Of a stretch of 64,000 bases of DNA, positions 1 to 14,199 are shown piece after piece (within the stretch, counting starts at the first letter, position 1; each line of letters opens with the position of its first letter). The stretch comes from Mustelus asterias (lineage: Eukaryota), in assembly GCF_964213995.1 (NCBI RefSeq), contig NC_135814.1:57784001-57848000 (forward strand), written 5' to 3'. The position numbers and the translations under genes are program-made. The notes beneath the pieces were generated by a model. The model made no database searches. It had not been told where the DNA came from and saw only the letters and a list, made by a program, of their open reading frames with translations.

Positions 1-421
1 CAGTAAATGATACCAGAAGGAAGAGCTAGAGTACAGTAACATTTTTAAAGGTCGGATCTACCCAAGTGGAATGGTCTTAAACATTCCTATGCAATCAATT
101 TAAATCAATGTCTCTTCTCGGCAACACTAGCATTTCAAAGGTGCCACAGATAATTGTTGATGATTCAGATGGTAATATTTTAATTTATTTAAATAGGCTA
201 TTCAGTTCACACAATCTAGAAAAGAAGATCTTGACTGTCATTTAATTCACAAAATGAGCTCTTTGATTATTAAGTATTCACTTATGTGGGCTACAGTATT
301 AGCATGATATATACTTCTTCGGTAACCATAAATCTGATAAGTCACACCAATAAAAACAAAACTGGACTATAAAGATGTCTTTTTCAAAGTGATCCAAAAG
401 GATAATAACAAGATTACTTAC

Positions 422-609
422 AGTAAAGGAAATAAAAACCCTGGAAGTGCCAAGGTTAGTCGTGCAGTCCATTCTTCCGGAAAGCACCACAAGTACACAA
501 TTATAAAGGTTATGATATAAAGAGTGGATGAATAGAGAACCAGTCTTCCGACCCAGATCTTTTGCAGTCTCTGATTTTTTTCCTTGAATTCTTCCAATGC
601 ATTTATTTC
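422..609 (-). CDS. lnpk: Lunapark (ER junction factor) exon 4, containing the two transmembrane segments
   Basis: Reverse complement reads tttag|EINALEEFKEKNQRLQKIWVGRLVLYSSTLYIITFIIVYLWCFPEEWTARLTLALPGFLFPL|gtaagt. 188 nt, closely matching vertebrate LNPK (EIQALEEFREKNQRLQKLWVGRL...). Gene continues left of the window. Confidence 0.95.
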
Positions 610-1499
610 CTAAAAATAAAAGCAATCAATTGAATTCAGTCTATTTTATTCTCCGTAATTTGAAGTACCTAAGGGTGAGATTTAGACAACTGGATCAGAC
701 TATTAATTTACGTGAGGGAGACAGGAATGTTGGTTTTGAAATGTTCCACAAGTCTCAAACAGCAGCACCACTTCCATACTATACTCAAGTTTTTTAAACA
801 TTTTATTTGGAAAATAACCCAGTGAAGTGTTACCATTTTGCAATGCGAACTTAAAATAAATGTCACAACAGCTGCCGGTGGTCTTGCTTCTCAAAAATAA
901 ATTTACAGATTTGATCTGATTAGAACCTACTAAATTACAAAGGAAATGGGAATAACATAATAAAATATTTAATGCATCCTGTTATGAAGGAAAACATAAT
1001 CGCAAATAGAGATGCTTCTAAACTAAGTTATTCAGCTCTAAAGGGAAGTTGCTGAAAAAACTATTTTCTATCGGTTACAAGACCTTCCAAACTCATGAAT
1101 TGGAGGTTCCATATAGACCTCCAGAAGAAAAAACACTTAAAGCATACCACATGAAGGAGGAGGCATTACAAATGGACTTCAACTACTAGAAGGGTTGCAA
1201 ATCCACTATTTAACTCATCCTTCTGGATCCATCTCCATTCTGAAATGCTGCTTAAATCTCTTCCACTTTCCACCTTTCGTTCTGTAATTCTTATGCTTTT
1301 CTTCTTGTTCTCAAACAACTTTATTCTTTTCCTTCCCATTATTAAAAACAGATTTCTTTCAATCCATTGCAAAGATGCTGGGAAAACGTAATCCAATAAG
1401 GTTCAGAATTAATTCAACCAAAAGGTCCTCTGTTGTTATAATATTTTGTTATATTATTGACTGCCAAGTCAAGGTGGCAGCAGAGAGGTGAAAATGCAA

Positions 1500-3880
1500 G
1501 TGGATTTTTTTTGTTTGTTTTCCGATGAATATATTTTTAAAAAACTGAGTTATTATATCAAGATTAGGACTTACATTACTTCTCTTTGGGAAAGGTGTCG
1601 AGGGCAAGCTATACTGAACTGTCTACAAATTGTGGTAAGTAATATTCCGAATTTAGAAAGGATAGACAAACAGGAAAAGGAGGTGGAGCTGCATTGCTGG
1701 TTGCAATCGTGAGGAAGGATATTAGCTCTGATGACATGAAATATGTATGGGTAGAGCTGAGAAATACCATGGGGAAATAAACATTTGCGGGGATTGCATA
1801 TGGACCCCCCAAACTATAGTGGTGACATTGGGGGTGGCATTAAACATTAAGTTAAGAGACACATGCAATAAAGGAATATTTGTAATTATGGGTGATTTTA
1901 ATCTGCATATAGATTGGGCAAATCAAATTAGTAATGATGCCATAGAGGAGGAATTGCTGGAGTGTGTACGGGATGATTTTCTGAACCAACATGCTGGAGG
2001 AACTAAAGAACAGGCCATCCTAGACTGGGCATTGTGTAATGAGAAAGGAATAATTGGCAATCTAGTTGTGCGAGGCCTCCTTGGGGATGAGCAAACATAA
2101 TATGATAGAACTTCATCAAAGTGGCGAGTGAAGGAGCGGATTCTGAGACTAGGGTCCTGAATCCAAATAAAGGAAACTACGATGTTATGAGGTGCGAGGA
2201 GGCTATGATAGATTAGGGAATGTTATTTCAAGGGATGTCAATGGATAAGCAGTGGCAAACATTCAAAGAATGCATGGTGAACTGCAACAATTGTTCATTC
2301 CTGTTTAGCGCAAAAATGAAACAGGAAAGGTGGCCAAACTATGGCGTACAAGGGAACTATTTGATCCAAAGAGGAGGCTTACAAATCGGCCAGAAAAAAA
2401 ACCAGCAGACTTGATTGGGAGCAGTTTTGAATTTAGCAAAGGAGGACAAAAGGATTAAGAAGGGAAAATTGAGTACGAGAGTAAGCTTGTGGGGAACAGA
2501 AAAACTGACTGTAAAAGCTTCTATAGGTTTGAGAAGAGAAAAAGATAGATGAAGACAAATGTAGGTCCCTTGCAGTCAAAAACAGGGACTTTATACTGGG
2601 GAACAAAGAAATTGCTGACCAACTAAATACAAACTTTGGTTCTGTCTTCACAAAAGCAGAGACAAATAATGTTCCAGAAATGGGGAACAGAGTTTAGTGA
2701 GGGGGAGGAACTGAAGGAAATCAGTATTAGTAGGGAAATGGTGTTGGGGAAATTGATGGGATTGAAGGCCAATAAATCCCCGGGGCCTGACAATCTACAT
2801 CCCAGAGTACTTAGGGAAATGACCTAGAAAGAGTGGATGCATTGGTGGTCATCTTCCAAGATTCTATGGACTCTGGATTCTTAGTTCCTAAAGATTGGAG
2901 GGTAGCAAATATAACCCCACTATTTAAAAGGAAGGTAGAGAGAAAACAGGGAATTATAGACCAGTCAGCTTGACATCAGTAGTGGGGAAAATGCTGGAGT
3001 CCATTATAAAAGATTTTATAGCAGAGCACTTAGAAAACAGTGGCTGAATTGGACAGAATCAGCATGGATTTACAAAAGGGAAATGACGCTTGACAAATCT
3101 ACTGGAATTCTTTGAGTGTGTAACTAGCAGAGTTGATGAGGGGGAGCCATTGGACGTGGTTTATTTGAACTTTCAGAAGGCTTTTGACAAGGTCCCTGAT
3201 AAGAGATTAGCGTGTAAAATTAAAGCACATGGGATTGGGAGTAGTGCATTGAGATGGATAGACAGGAAACAGAGTAGGACTAAACAGGTCTTTTTTTCCA
3301 AATAGCAGGCAGTGACTCGTGGGGTATTGCAAGGATCAATGCTAGGACCAGAGCTATTCACAATGCATATTAATTATTTAGAATAGGGAACTAAATGTGT
3401 CTCCAAATTTTCAAGTGACACAAAGCTGGTTGGGAGAGCGAGCTGACGTATGAGGAGAGATCGAGACGGTTAGGATTATATTCACTGGAGTTTAGAAGAA
3501 TGGGGGGGGGGGTGGATATAAAAGAAACCTATAAAAGTTTAACAGGACTAGACAGGGTAGATGCAGGGGGGGGGGGGGGGGGGGGGGGGGGTCCAGAACC
3601 AGCGGTCACAGTTTGGGGATATGGAGCAAACTATTAAGGATTGAGAGAAATTTCTTCACCTAGAGAGTGGTGAGCCCGTGGAATTCTCGACTACAGAAAG
3701 CAGTTGAGGCCAAAACATTGAATGTTTTCAAGGAGTTAGATATAGCACTTGGGGCTAAATGGATCAAAGGATATGGGGGAAAGCGGGAACAGGTTACTGA
3801 GTTGATCAGTCATGATTATAATGAATGGCGGAACAGGCTTGAAGGGCCAAATGGCCTACTCCTATCCTCTATATTTCTAA
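1500..3880 (+). mobile_element. Decayed CR1-clade LINE (HER1-like): endonuclease, RT and 3' tail
   Basis: ORF fragments IMGDFNLHIDW (APE endonuclease), KSPGPDNLHPRVLRE and VVYLNFQKAFDKVP (RT), with many frameshifts. 3' end GGGCCAAATGGCCTACTCCT resembles the HE1 SINE tails. Boundaries approximate. Confidence 0.85.
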
Positions 3881-3939
3881 ATAAAGCCTGAGGGCTGCAG
3901 ATTTCAATGTATACAGCATTTAATTTCCTCAGTCATTCA

Positions 3940-6900
3940 CCCATCCAACACTACCATGCCTTACTTTCTCCTTCTGAAGCTGCCAACTACTCAAGGATTA
4001 TCCTGGAATGCAAATACACAGGTTCTTTTCTGTAATACCAACAGTCTCCTCAAACCCCTCTCCCCCTGCTACTCCCACACCTTCAAAAAGTGTAAGCAGC
4101 TCATTTTTTTGCCACTATGCTGGAGACCATCCATTCAGCTGCCTTTGCCACATACTCTTTAATAAGCTTCCAACAGAGTCCTCTCTTGCCCACCCTCTGA
4201 ACTCACATCTTTCTTTAATTTCTTTTCCATCCCTCCTCATGCCCTTTCCAAGCTCACGTTGTCAGCAAATCTCTGCTCCCTTGACCCTATTCCCACTGAA
4301 CTGCTAACCATCTAAATTTCTTTCAAGTCTCCTCAGGTATCGTTTCCTTCCCTATCAAAACTGCCACCTTCATCTCTCCCCTCAGAAACAAAACATTGTT
4401 GTACTTATTATCTGCACAAACGACCTGGCCTTCTCAAATATCACTTTCTTCAAAGTGCTTGAATAACCTTTCTGACCATAGAGCACTCATCTTCTTCAAC
4501 CTTCTTGGCCTCCCTGTACCCTCTGACACAATTATCGACACTATTCTCCGCCAATGTTTTCTGTTGTCTAGCTGAGTGATACTGTCTTTACCTGCTTCCA
4601 TTTTTTCCCTACCCACCTTAACCAAAGGATCTCCTTCCATGGCTTATCTTTTTGGTCACACACTATTAAGTCTGGAGTCCTCAAAAAATCTATTATTGGT
4701 CCACTCCTACACATCCATACTCTGCCTCCAGCAACATCTGAAGACATGACAACACGTCCCACAAGTACGCTGATCCCTCCAAATCCTCACTATTGCCATC
4801 GGATCACTTGCCCACTTTTCAGAGCTGGGTTAGACACGATTGCAACAACATGAATTTATATATAGTAGTGCCTTTAATGTAATAAAAATGTCCAATGGCA
4901 TGTCATGGGAGCATCATAAACAAAAAAAAACCTATGGAGTTACAATGGCAGAAGACCAAAACGTTGGTTAAATTAGGTTTTAGGAAGAAAAGAGAGATAG
5001 AGAGGTGCGAGGTTTAGGAGGGGAATTCCAGAGCTAAAGGTCCAGGCAGCTAAAGGCATGAGTACTAATGGTGGAGCAATAAAAATGGGGATCTCAATAG
5101 GCTAGAACTAAAGAAACACATATCTCAGTTGTAGAACTGGAGGAGATGACAGAGATAGGGAGGGGTGAGACCATGGAGGGATTTGAAAGTAAGGCTAAGA
5201 GTATTAAAATTGAGGCACCATTTAATCGGGAGCTAGTGTAGATCAATGGGCACAGGGGTAACGGGTGAATGGGACTGGGTGTGAGTTAACATGCAGGCAG
5301 CAGTATTTTGGATAACCTAAAGTTTACAGAGTGTAGAATGGGATAGGCTGGCCAAGACCACGTTGAAGGTTACCCAACAGCATGGATGAGGTTTCAGCAG
5401 CAAATTACCTGAGGCAGGGGCAGCATCAGGCAATCTTATGGAGATGGAAGCAGGCACACTTTGTGATGGCATGGATTTTAGGTTGAAAGCCCATCTCAAG
5501 ATCAAGTAAGGAAGCAAGGTTGCAAACTTTCCAGTTCAGTTGCCAGAGAGTTGAATAGAGTCGGTGTGCTGGGGAGCAGAGTTTGTGGATGGGACAGAAG
5601 ACAATGGATTATTTCAAAATATTTTTATAAATGTAAATATTTCCAACATTTAATTGGAGCAAATTTCTGCTCATCCAGTACTAAAGATCAGTCAAACTGT
5701 CTGACAATTCAAAAACAGTTCAAGGGTCAAGAGAGAAGGTGGTTATGTAGAGCTGGATATCATCAGTGTACATGTGGGAACTGGTGTGTTTTCAGATGAT
5801 GCATTTGAGAGACATGTAGATGAGAAATAAGAGAAAGCCACGGATAGATCTTTGGAGACACCAGAGATAGCAAAGTGGGAAAAAGAAAAGAAACATTGCA
5901 GATCATTCACTGGCAACAATTAGACAAGTAAGGATGGAGTCAGGCAAGTGAAGTCCCACCCAACTAGACAAAGGTGAAATAGTGTTCACAGAATCCCTAC
6001 AGTTCAGAAGGCCATTCAGCCCATCGTGCCTGCACTAGAGGAGGAGGCCGTTTGGCTCATCAAGCTTGCACCGACAACAATCCCACCCAGACCCTATCCC
6101 CGCAACCCCACGCATTCACCCTGCTAATCCCCCTGACACCAAGAGTCAATTTAGTATGGCCAATCAACCTAACCCGCACATCTTTGGAGTGTGGGAGGAA
6201 ACTGGAGCACCCAGAAGAAATCCACGCAGACACGGGGTGAACGTGCAAACTCCACACAGTCACTTGAGGCCAGAATTGAACCCGGGACCCTGAGAGAAGA
6301 ATGAGGAGGAATAGCTTATCTTTATCATAGTCACATAAGCAACTTATTCAAGGATTTTGGAGAAGAAAGGAAGGTTGGTATTGACAGTGAGTCAAGAGTT
6401 GGGATTCTAGAGGCAAAAAGTGACAAAGACAAATTTGAAGGATAATGGGTTAGTGCAAGAGGAAAGTGCGAACATCAGCAGCTAACTTTCAGTCAGAAAG
6501 AGAAATTTGATGGTAAGCAGGTTAATGGAAATAAGGTGAAAAGAGCAGAAGGTCAGCCTGACTAACAAATGAGTTCAGAAGGGACATATGGGGAGATAGT
6601 AGGAAAAGCCAAGAAACATAAAAGTTCAGGGCACCTTTACAGATGTGACCAAGCAGGCTAGAGGAAGGAAGGGAAGTGGCAGAGACAGCTGATTGGATGG
6701 TCTCAGTTCGAGTCACAAAGAGGTCCATGAACCTCTCGCATTTATTTAAAGTGAGGGTAGAAGAGACGGGAAGAGGAATTTAAATCAGGTTGCAGTAAAG
6801 AAACCAGGAGTTATATCTACATTCCACGATGATCTCAGAAGACAAACAAAAAGACCCAATAATGCATTACATGGTCCATCCAAATCTGGTTGTGAACAAC

Positions 6901-7700
6901 TAAGCCAGCTGATTGCCATAACTATCTAAGTCTGCATCTCTTGGACTTAACTGAGTACTGTACCTGGGGAATGACCAGATGAAAGAGAATAATAGTTTTA
7001 ATGTGGACTATGACATCAAAAGGTGGCTGTGAGGATGTGGTTGAACAGATTGGTAGCTACAGAAATGTTGTAGTAAACAAGGTCCAAAGCCCAGACAAAT
7101 GGGATTTTGAAAGTGCAACTGGGATGGAATCTTTTCCCTGGGGTAGACACAGTGGGACTTGGGGTTGGGAGAAAGAAGGATATTGGTGGACAGCAATACG
7201 CTGAAATCAAAGATGACCTTATCTGCAATTGATACAATGGGAGTACCAATGCCTGAGATGGCATGGTCAAGGTAGCCGTTAATACCCGTTGGAGAGTGTA
7301 CATGGAGTGAGAGAAAAAGGAAGGATTAGAGGGCAGTTAACTCAGAAGAGAGTGAACACAATAAATTGAGAAGGAAATTGAAATTATAGATGAGAAGTTA
7401 CTTGGTACAGAGGATAAGGGAGTAAAACAGCTGAAGATAACTATGAGAAAACTGGGCATGGTGTTTGAATGGGCAATAGAGAACAAGGATTTCAAATAAG
7501 AAGTCAGAAGGGTGCGACAAAGTGAGATGCTCAAAAAGGAAGAGGAAGTGTCACATACGTAAGCGGGCAGATCAAGGTGTGACTTTGATAAGAGGCACAT
7601 TTCCCACCACAATGGCCGAGGCAGGACAAGCAGTCAGGTGGGGAGGCATCATTTAGGGTGAAGACATCATCACCCCAGGTTTACATCAAGGTTAGGATGA
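3940..7700. mobile_element. Highly decayed L2-type LINE fragments in both orientations, interrupted by an HE1 SINE
   Basis: Pyrimidine-rich RT-like remnants on + (about 3940-4830). Purine-rich antisense copy from about 4840 beginning with an L2-type tail (caacaac...tttatatatagtagtgcctttaatgt). Recognised by eye only. Confidence 0.5.
5987..6292 (-). mobile_element. HE1-type SINE, 5'-truncated
   Basis: Reverse complement of the copy at 9585-9900 (tgtgtggagtttgcacgttc...gggtgctccagtttcctcccac) with a CR1-like tail. Confidence 0.85.
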
Positions 7701-8093
7701 TGGTGCACTCAATTAAAAACTGAAAAAGCCAAATTCACCATCTTCAACCCCAGCAAAAGCTTCATTCCCTTGCCACCAATTCCTCCCCTGCCCACTCTAG
7801 CTGAATCCCATTGTTCCCAACCTCAGAGTCCTATAAACCTGAACTTATCTAAAATGCTGCTGCCCACACCCTAACGTTCACCATGTCCCATTACTCCTGT
7901 GCTTGCAAGCTTACATTACCTCCAACTTCACAACTGTAAAATTAATCCCTCACCTCTTCCTGCCCTACAACTACCAAAAACTTTACATTTCTCCAAATCT
8001 GTATCCGCTGCCATCCTCTACCACTGCCTGCACCTCCCCCAACATCCCCAACTTACTGCACTCCACCGTCAATGGTTGTGCCTTCAATCATCT

Positions 8094-8308
8094 TTGATGT
8101 GGAGATGCCGGCATTGGACTGGGGTGGGCACAGTAAGAAGTCTCACAACACCAGGTTAAAGTCCAACAGGTTTATTTGGAATCACAAGCTTTTGGAGCAC
8201 TGCTGCTCCATTAGATGAGTGAATCACTCACCTAATGAAGGAGCAGTGCTCCAAAAGTTCGTGATTCCAAATAAACTTGATGGACTTTAACCTGGTATTG
8301 AGAGGCTT
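8094..8308. mobile_element. Penelope-terminus hairpin insertion A, with decayed hammerhead cores
   Basis: Inverted-repeat arms. 12-bp TSD CTTCAATCATCT at 8082-8093 and 8309-8320. Right arm CTAATGAAGGAGCAGTGCTCCAAAAG is a mutated CTGATGA...GAAA core. Confidence 0.8.
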
Positions 8309-9584
8309 CTTCAATCATCTATGCTTGAAGCTCTAGAATTTCCACCCATTCCTCCTTTAAGATCCTTTTTAAAACCTAACATTTTATCACCCAGCCTAAT
8401 AGCTTCTTTGGTTCAATGTCAATTTATGTCTAATTATGCTCCTGCGAAACACCTTCTGATATTGAATTTCTGTAATGCTTTCAATGTACTGTAGTTGTCA
8501 CATCATAAATTTCTTTTTTGAAAAATCTCAATTACCACAGCTTAGATAATCACAGGGCAAAGCAAAATTACAAATGTCTCAAATATTCAACTTTAATGCT
8601 ATATTAATTTGCTAAGCAGCTCAAATATCAATTAATTGATGGGCATTAATCAAAAATCAATTCATTTCGCAAGACCAGTAGTAAAAACTTCCAATCAACA
8701 TCCAGTATTTCAATCAACATCCAGTAATCACTAAACCAACCAAAACGCACTAGTTTTCAAGTCCAGAATGTTTTCTTTGCCTGCAGACTTTTCTAGTTTC
8801 TGTCGAGCCCGGATCTGGAGTTTCGTTTGGCTTGCAGCGCTTAGTGTTTACTTAGGCTTTTCTCCCAACATTTCCCAGGATCTGGACATGCTCGACCTCA
8901 ATTTTATGACCCATGACAATTAAAAAGCAACCATTTTTATGTCTGGTAAATTTCATTCTCTGCTGTTGTAATAAATATCAGAAATTTCTGCAACCCAAAT
9001 TTAACTCCATATGCCTGAATTAAGCCAAGTGACTCCAAAATACCCCCTTGCAAGTTAAACTTCTGAGCTTAGCCAAAGTGTACTATTGTAGCTTTATGTT
9101 TGAAGAACTAAGGGTGCCCGCCTCTCTAGTTCCCTCGGTTCAAGGGCAGGCCTCCCAAACCACCCCAGGTGAGCATTTGTGATTTAAAACTTCCCAGCGC
9201 ATTGGATTTGAAGTGCCTACTGACTGCTGAGACAGGCTAAATCAATAAGTACAAGCGGCTAAAATATGAAAGCTTAGCTCATTAACATTTAAAAGAAAAC
9301 TTCTGTGAAAACAATTTGCTTGAAAACCTAGCATGTAATTTTTTCTCTCTGTTCTTTTGTGGAAGATTGGTGAAAAGCCTAATTATGACAACAATATTGG
9401 GAGAAATAAATTTGCAACCTTAACAGTTACACATGCAAGGACTGTCTCCAAACTCAAAAACTGGAGATGCAAGTACTTTCTTTGCTACACTCCAAATAGG
9501 TGGAAAAGAAAGTGAAGTTAAAAAGAAACACAGATGTGTATCAGTAGCCAGCTGGCAGTTTGGCTCATAACTAATTTATCATAA

Positions 9585-9900
9585 AGGGTGACACGTTGAC
9601 ACAGTGGTTAGCACTGCTGCCTCATAGCGCCAGGAACCTAGGTTCAATTCCCGGCTTGGGTCACTGTCTGTGTGGAGTTTGCACGTTCTCCCATGTCTGT
9701 GTGGGTTTCCTCCGAGTGCTCCGGTTTCCTCCCACAGTCCAAAGATGTGCGGGTTAGGTGGATTGGCCATGCTAAGTTGCCCTTAGTGTCAGGGGAACTA
9801 GCTATGGTAAATGCATGGGGATAGGGCCTGGGTGAGATTGTGGTCGGTGCAGACTCGACGGGCCGAATGGCCTTCTTCTACACTGTATGATTCTATGATA
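9585..9900 (+). mobile_element. HE1-type tRNA-derived SINE, near full length
   Basis: A-box-like CAGTGGTTAGCACTG, B-box GGTTCAATTCC at 9641-9651, conserved core and CR1-like tail GGGCCGAATGGCC...ATTCTATGAT. Confidence 0.9.
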
Positions 9901-10582
9901 ACTAGAAATATTTTAATAAAACAAATGGCTGGTATGGGGGAGATAGACTGTATTGAAACTGAATAGGAACAAACTGCAAAGAATATTGAGGTAGCAATTG
10001 AGAAATATTTAAACTCGATACGCTGGGGAAGAGTAGATGGGGTGCACAGGAAACAATCTCAGATGAGACAAGCCACAGGGTAGTCAACAGGTAGGTACGG
10101 ACAAGAATACTTCGAATGACATACAAGAGCAAAAACAAAGAAGGATTGGCAGGCATTAGGGAGTATGGAAGGAAGCATCTACAGAACTGTTGAAAGCACT
10201 AAAAGTAAGATTCCAGAACTCAAGGTTACAGTGGTGGGAGTCACCAAAGCATGGTTAAACCTGGAGGATTGAAATGAATTGAAATTCAAGGGTACTGAAT
10301 GTTCCAAAAATACACCAACAGAAAAGGAAGTGATGTGGCCTTATACAGCAGGGATATATATTAAGTACATGAAGTTGTTCCTGTGGGAAAAGGAAAAGTA
10401 AAGAGTCTTCAGCTTTGTGCATGGCTTTGATGAGTCAAGTGGTAAGACACATGACACAAAGTACCCAGATCTTGACCCTATCATTGTAGTCAGTGTTCAT
10501 GTAGCTGGTCTGGTAATGATTCGAGTCAATGGTCTACACGCAATTTTGACAGTGGGAGACAGCAATGGTGGTACTGTTGTAG

Positions 10583-10749
10583 TCATGATGTGGAGATGCC
10601 GGTGTTGGACTGGGGTAAACACAGTAAGAGTTTTAACAACACCAGGTTAAAGTCCAACAGGTTTATTTGGTAGCAAATGCCATTAACTGAAGCTAATGGC
10701 ATTTGCTACCAAATAAACCTGTTGGACTTTAACCTGGTGTTGTTAAAAC
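10583..10749. mobile_element. Penelope-terminus hairpin insertion B
   Basis: Perfect 57-bp inverted repeat (10629-10685 / 10694-10750). 14-bp TSD TGGTACTGTTGTAG at 10569-10582 and 10750-10763. Nested in a decayed LINE. Confidence 0.85.
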
Positions 10750-13424
10750 TGGTACTGTTGTAGATCAGAGGTGTGGTTCTGTTTCTTGTTGATGCTTCCA
10801 TGGCTTGCAAGATACCTGGGACTTGTCAGCCCAAGCCTGGCAATGAGCTGCTTCATCTCCAGATGGTTTGTAAATGGAGTGGAACCCCATGTAATCATCA
10901 GAAATATGCCCCAATCCTGGCCTCACAATGGAGGGAAGGTTGGGCCAAAGAAGATTCCCTAAGGATCTCTTTCATCAATGCCCTAGTCCTGCAACAATTA
11001 CCTTTGGACAACCTCAAAAATCTTCCTGGGCATCAAAAGTGACTCCAACCCCGAGAGAATTTTTCTCATGCCTCTAATTAGACTCCTTGTATCCACATTC
11101 AGCAAAATGCTGCTTGATGTAGAGTTCAGTTGTTCTCACTAACATGGATATTTGGTTTGGATCTATGCTGTGATGAGGTCCAGGGCAGAGTGGATTTGGT
11201 GGAACCTGAACTGAGTAGTGAATAGGTGTCGCTTGCTGGCACTTTTGATGCAGTCTTTCAACACCTTACTTATGATTGGAAGGTGTTTAATAAGGCAGCA
11301 ACTGATCAGGGTTGATGCATCTCATTTGTTTTATTGAGAAGAGGATATGGAGTGATTCTCCGCGCTGAGGCTGGGGCTGCGCAGGGTCGGAGAATTGTGG
11401 AGGAGGGGTTTAGCATGTTTAATACCAGGGAGAACCCTTTATGGGATTCTCCAAGACCACCGTGCCCCAATATAATCCGATTCTAGCCCACGAGGGCAAG
11501 ACCCAGAGTAGCATATTTAAATATGATTAAATATGATTCTTAGACCCTCTGACACAGCGGGAACCTGGCACGAATCACTACTGGTCTCCACAAACATATA
11601 CCAGCGGCTCAGAAGCCATTAAAGTCTACAGGTAGTCAGGGACATGGCTGGACAGTGCCCTCTCCATCTTCTACTAGGGTGCCAGGGGGCAAAGCATTGG
11701 GGATCTTTATTTGGGGGGAGGGGGTGCCCTTTAAAAATGGTGCCAATCTCTTTGAAGCCTGGCAATCGCATCGGGCATGCCGGTGCAAATCACACTGGTT
11801 TTCTCACCCAAAATGACACAGTAATTTTTTAGAAAAGTTCCTCCTTGCATCTGAAAACACGTCCACATTGTCTGGTGGTTGCCTATGTCATAACTGTAAT
11901 GGAACAGCCAAGTCTCAGGCATTGGTTCTCAGCTTCAAAAGCTACAAGAGTGCAAAGCTTTCCCTGTGCCCGCTGGATCGAGCAACTGTTTAATGCCACA
12001 TGGAATTAACTGAATTTGTTGGGCATGGACACCAACGATGGTAAGAGACACTAACTGAAAGGACAGAGTTTGCAAAACTACTCTGCAATCTCTTAAAGAC
12101 ATTTGCACATATCTCAGCTTTTATCTTTTCCACTCACAAATTGAACACTATCATGCTGAGAAAGGAAATGCTCATGGAGTCACTTTCTCTCACCATTCTG
12201 GACTGCAGGCAGCAGATACCAAGTTTTTTGCTCTGATTTATTGACTGGGGCATGTTTAACTCTGTCTATAGCCCATTGATTTTCAGCATACAGGTTGGTT
12301 CATATACAGTAGCTCATTTCAAGATGTGCCCTTCTACACATCCCACTGAACCAGAGTTAACCTTCCAGTCTGACGGTTATTAAGGAGCAAGGCATGTGCC
12401 AAAGGATGTTATAGATTGTACTGGTATGCAATTCTACTGATGTTAATAAACGCAGCAGATTAAGTATGCCCTTAATCTGCATCACTGAGTTATAGTAGTC
12501 CCACAGTACACAACAGAGGATGATCTGTACGGGGAGCCAGAACTTTGTCTTCACAAGGAATGTGCAAGAGTCACCCCTATCAACGCTACCATGGAGACAT
12601 TTCTGGTCAGTCTGTTCCAATGATGGGACAGAACATTATCTCAGGATAGTAACAAAGAAATCTGAGTTATTAGCTGAAAATCAAACTCAGAACCCAATCT
12701 ATATTAGGTTGTTGCTCAACGAATTTATTTGGACAATTGTCCCAACTTAGTTGTTGATACTAGGAAGAAAACTTTTGCAGGGCCCACTGGGCTGAACTTG
12801 TCGAATTCTTGTCCTGATCCAATAACTAGTTCATTGCAATCGGCTGATCTGATTTTTTTTCCCTTAATTTTGAACTTTATTGAGACTGTATTACAATTGA
12901 ATGATTTGCTAGATTACTTTAGTGGACCTGGAGGACAAGGTGGATTTTTAAAACAATAGCACCTTTCATGACTACAATCTCGCAAGGTTTCTGATTTATT
13001 AAATTTTAATTTAATAACTCAGCATGGGGGGTTACGACCTGATGGCCATTGTTTAGGGTGCAAGTCCAATATTTCAACTGCTATACCACTCTATCCCTAT
13101 TCCTGCCACAGCTATTACACAGCCCCTTCCAAATGATAAAGTCTTGGTGCCTGGCAAAAATCTCTTTACACCTCTGCTTCTTCCCCCAGCATTAAGCCAA
13201 GAAGCATCTCTTTACTCTTTAAAAGACCCAACAGTTGACATTCACTGCAAGTACAATCTGCTTTTCGAAGAATAAATTTTGGTTTTTTTCTAAACAGGGT
13301 TGTGTAAACAGTTTTAAATGAACATGGTATAGGAGTGGGACAAGAGATGGCAAGGGGAAATATGGACAAGGAGCAGTGTTAGACAGCAAGCATGAAACTA
13401 ATTGCTTCTCCAAATGTCTCTTTT

Positions 13425-13957
13425 TAAAGAATTTATTCATGGGATGTGGGAGTTGTTGGCAGGGCCAGCATTTATTGACCATCCCTATTTGCTCTTGAAC
13501 CGAGTGGTTTTCCAGACACTGAGGGCATTTTAAGGGTCAACATTGCTGGTGTGTGGAGTTTTCACATTCTCCCTGTGTCTCCGTGGGTTTCCTCCGGGTA
13601 CTCCAGTGTCCTCTCTCAGTCCAAAGATGTGTAGGTTAGGTGGATTGGCCATTACAAATGCATGGGGTTATGGGGATAGGGCGAAGGGCAGGTTGGGTGG
13701 GATCCTGTTTTGGAGGGTCGGTGCAGACTCAATGGCTGAATGGCCTCTTTCTGCACTGCAGGAGTTCTATGGTGCTATAGTGAACCAGATGGGTTTTTAC
13801 AACAGTTGACAATGGTTTCATGGTCATTAGACTTTACATTCCAGATTTTTATTGAATGTCAATTGCATCATCTGGAATCAAACCCTGGTCCCCAGAGCAT
13901 TATCCTGGGTCTCGGGATTACTAGCTCAGTTACATTACCGCTATGCCAGTGCCTCCC
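13425..13957 (-). mobile_element. Second tRNA-derived SINE family, with an HE1 fragment (+, about 13547-13770) in its middle
   Basis: Flanks match the 14200-14533 copy. Central part matches HE1 core and tail. Confidence 0.7.
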
Positions 13958-14199
13958 CTTTACTCACTATTGATCTTCCTTTGCAACCGACTGTTAGAGG
14001 CCCAGTTTCAGTTGCATCTGCTATTACCATGACACAGTTATGTACCACTTACTGTCCACCAATCTACTGGAAGCCTGCACTAGCGAGTAGTGTGGAACAA
14101 AGAATGGGAGACTGGAGAGAGAGAGGGGAAATGAGACTGGAGAGAGGTTATAAGTTTAACAATAGCAGATTGAGAGGGTACCTCAGAAATAGGTTTTTT

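Noticed and set aside
299-625. 108-aa minus-strand ORF in the track
   Set aside because: Wrong frame overlapping the real lnpk exon 4.
3566-3591. Long poly-G runs (also about 51700 and 57425) as G-quadruplexes
   Set aside because: Simple homopolymers, prone to slippage or sequencing artefact.
9600-9660. tRNA-like A/B boxes here and at about 14460-14530 and 15520-15570
   Set aside because: SINE heads continuing into SINE bodies; no complete cloverleaf.
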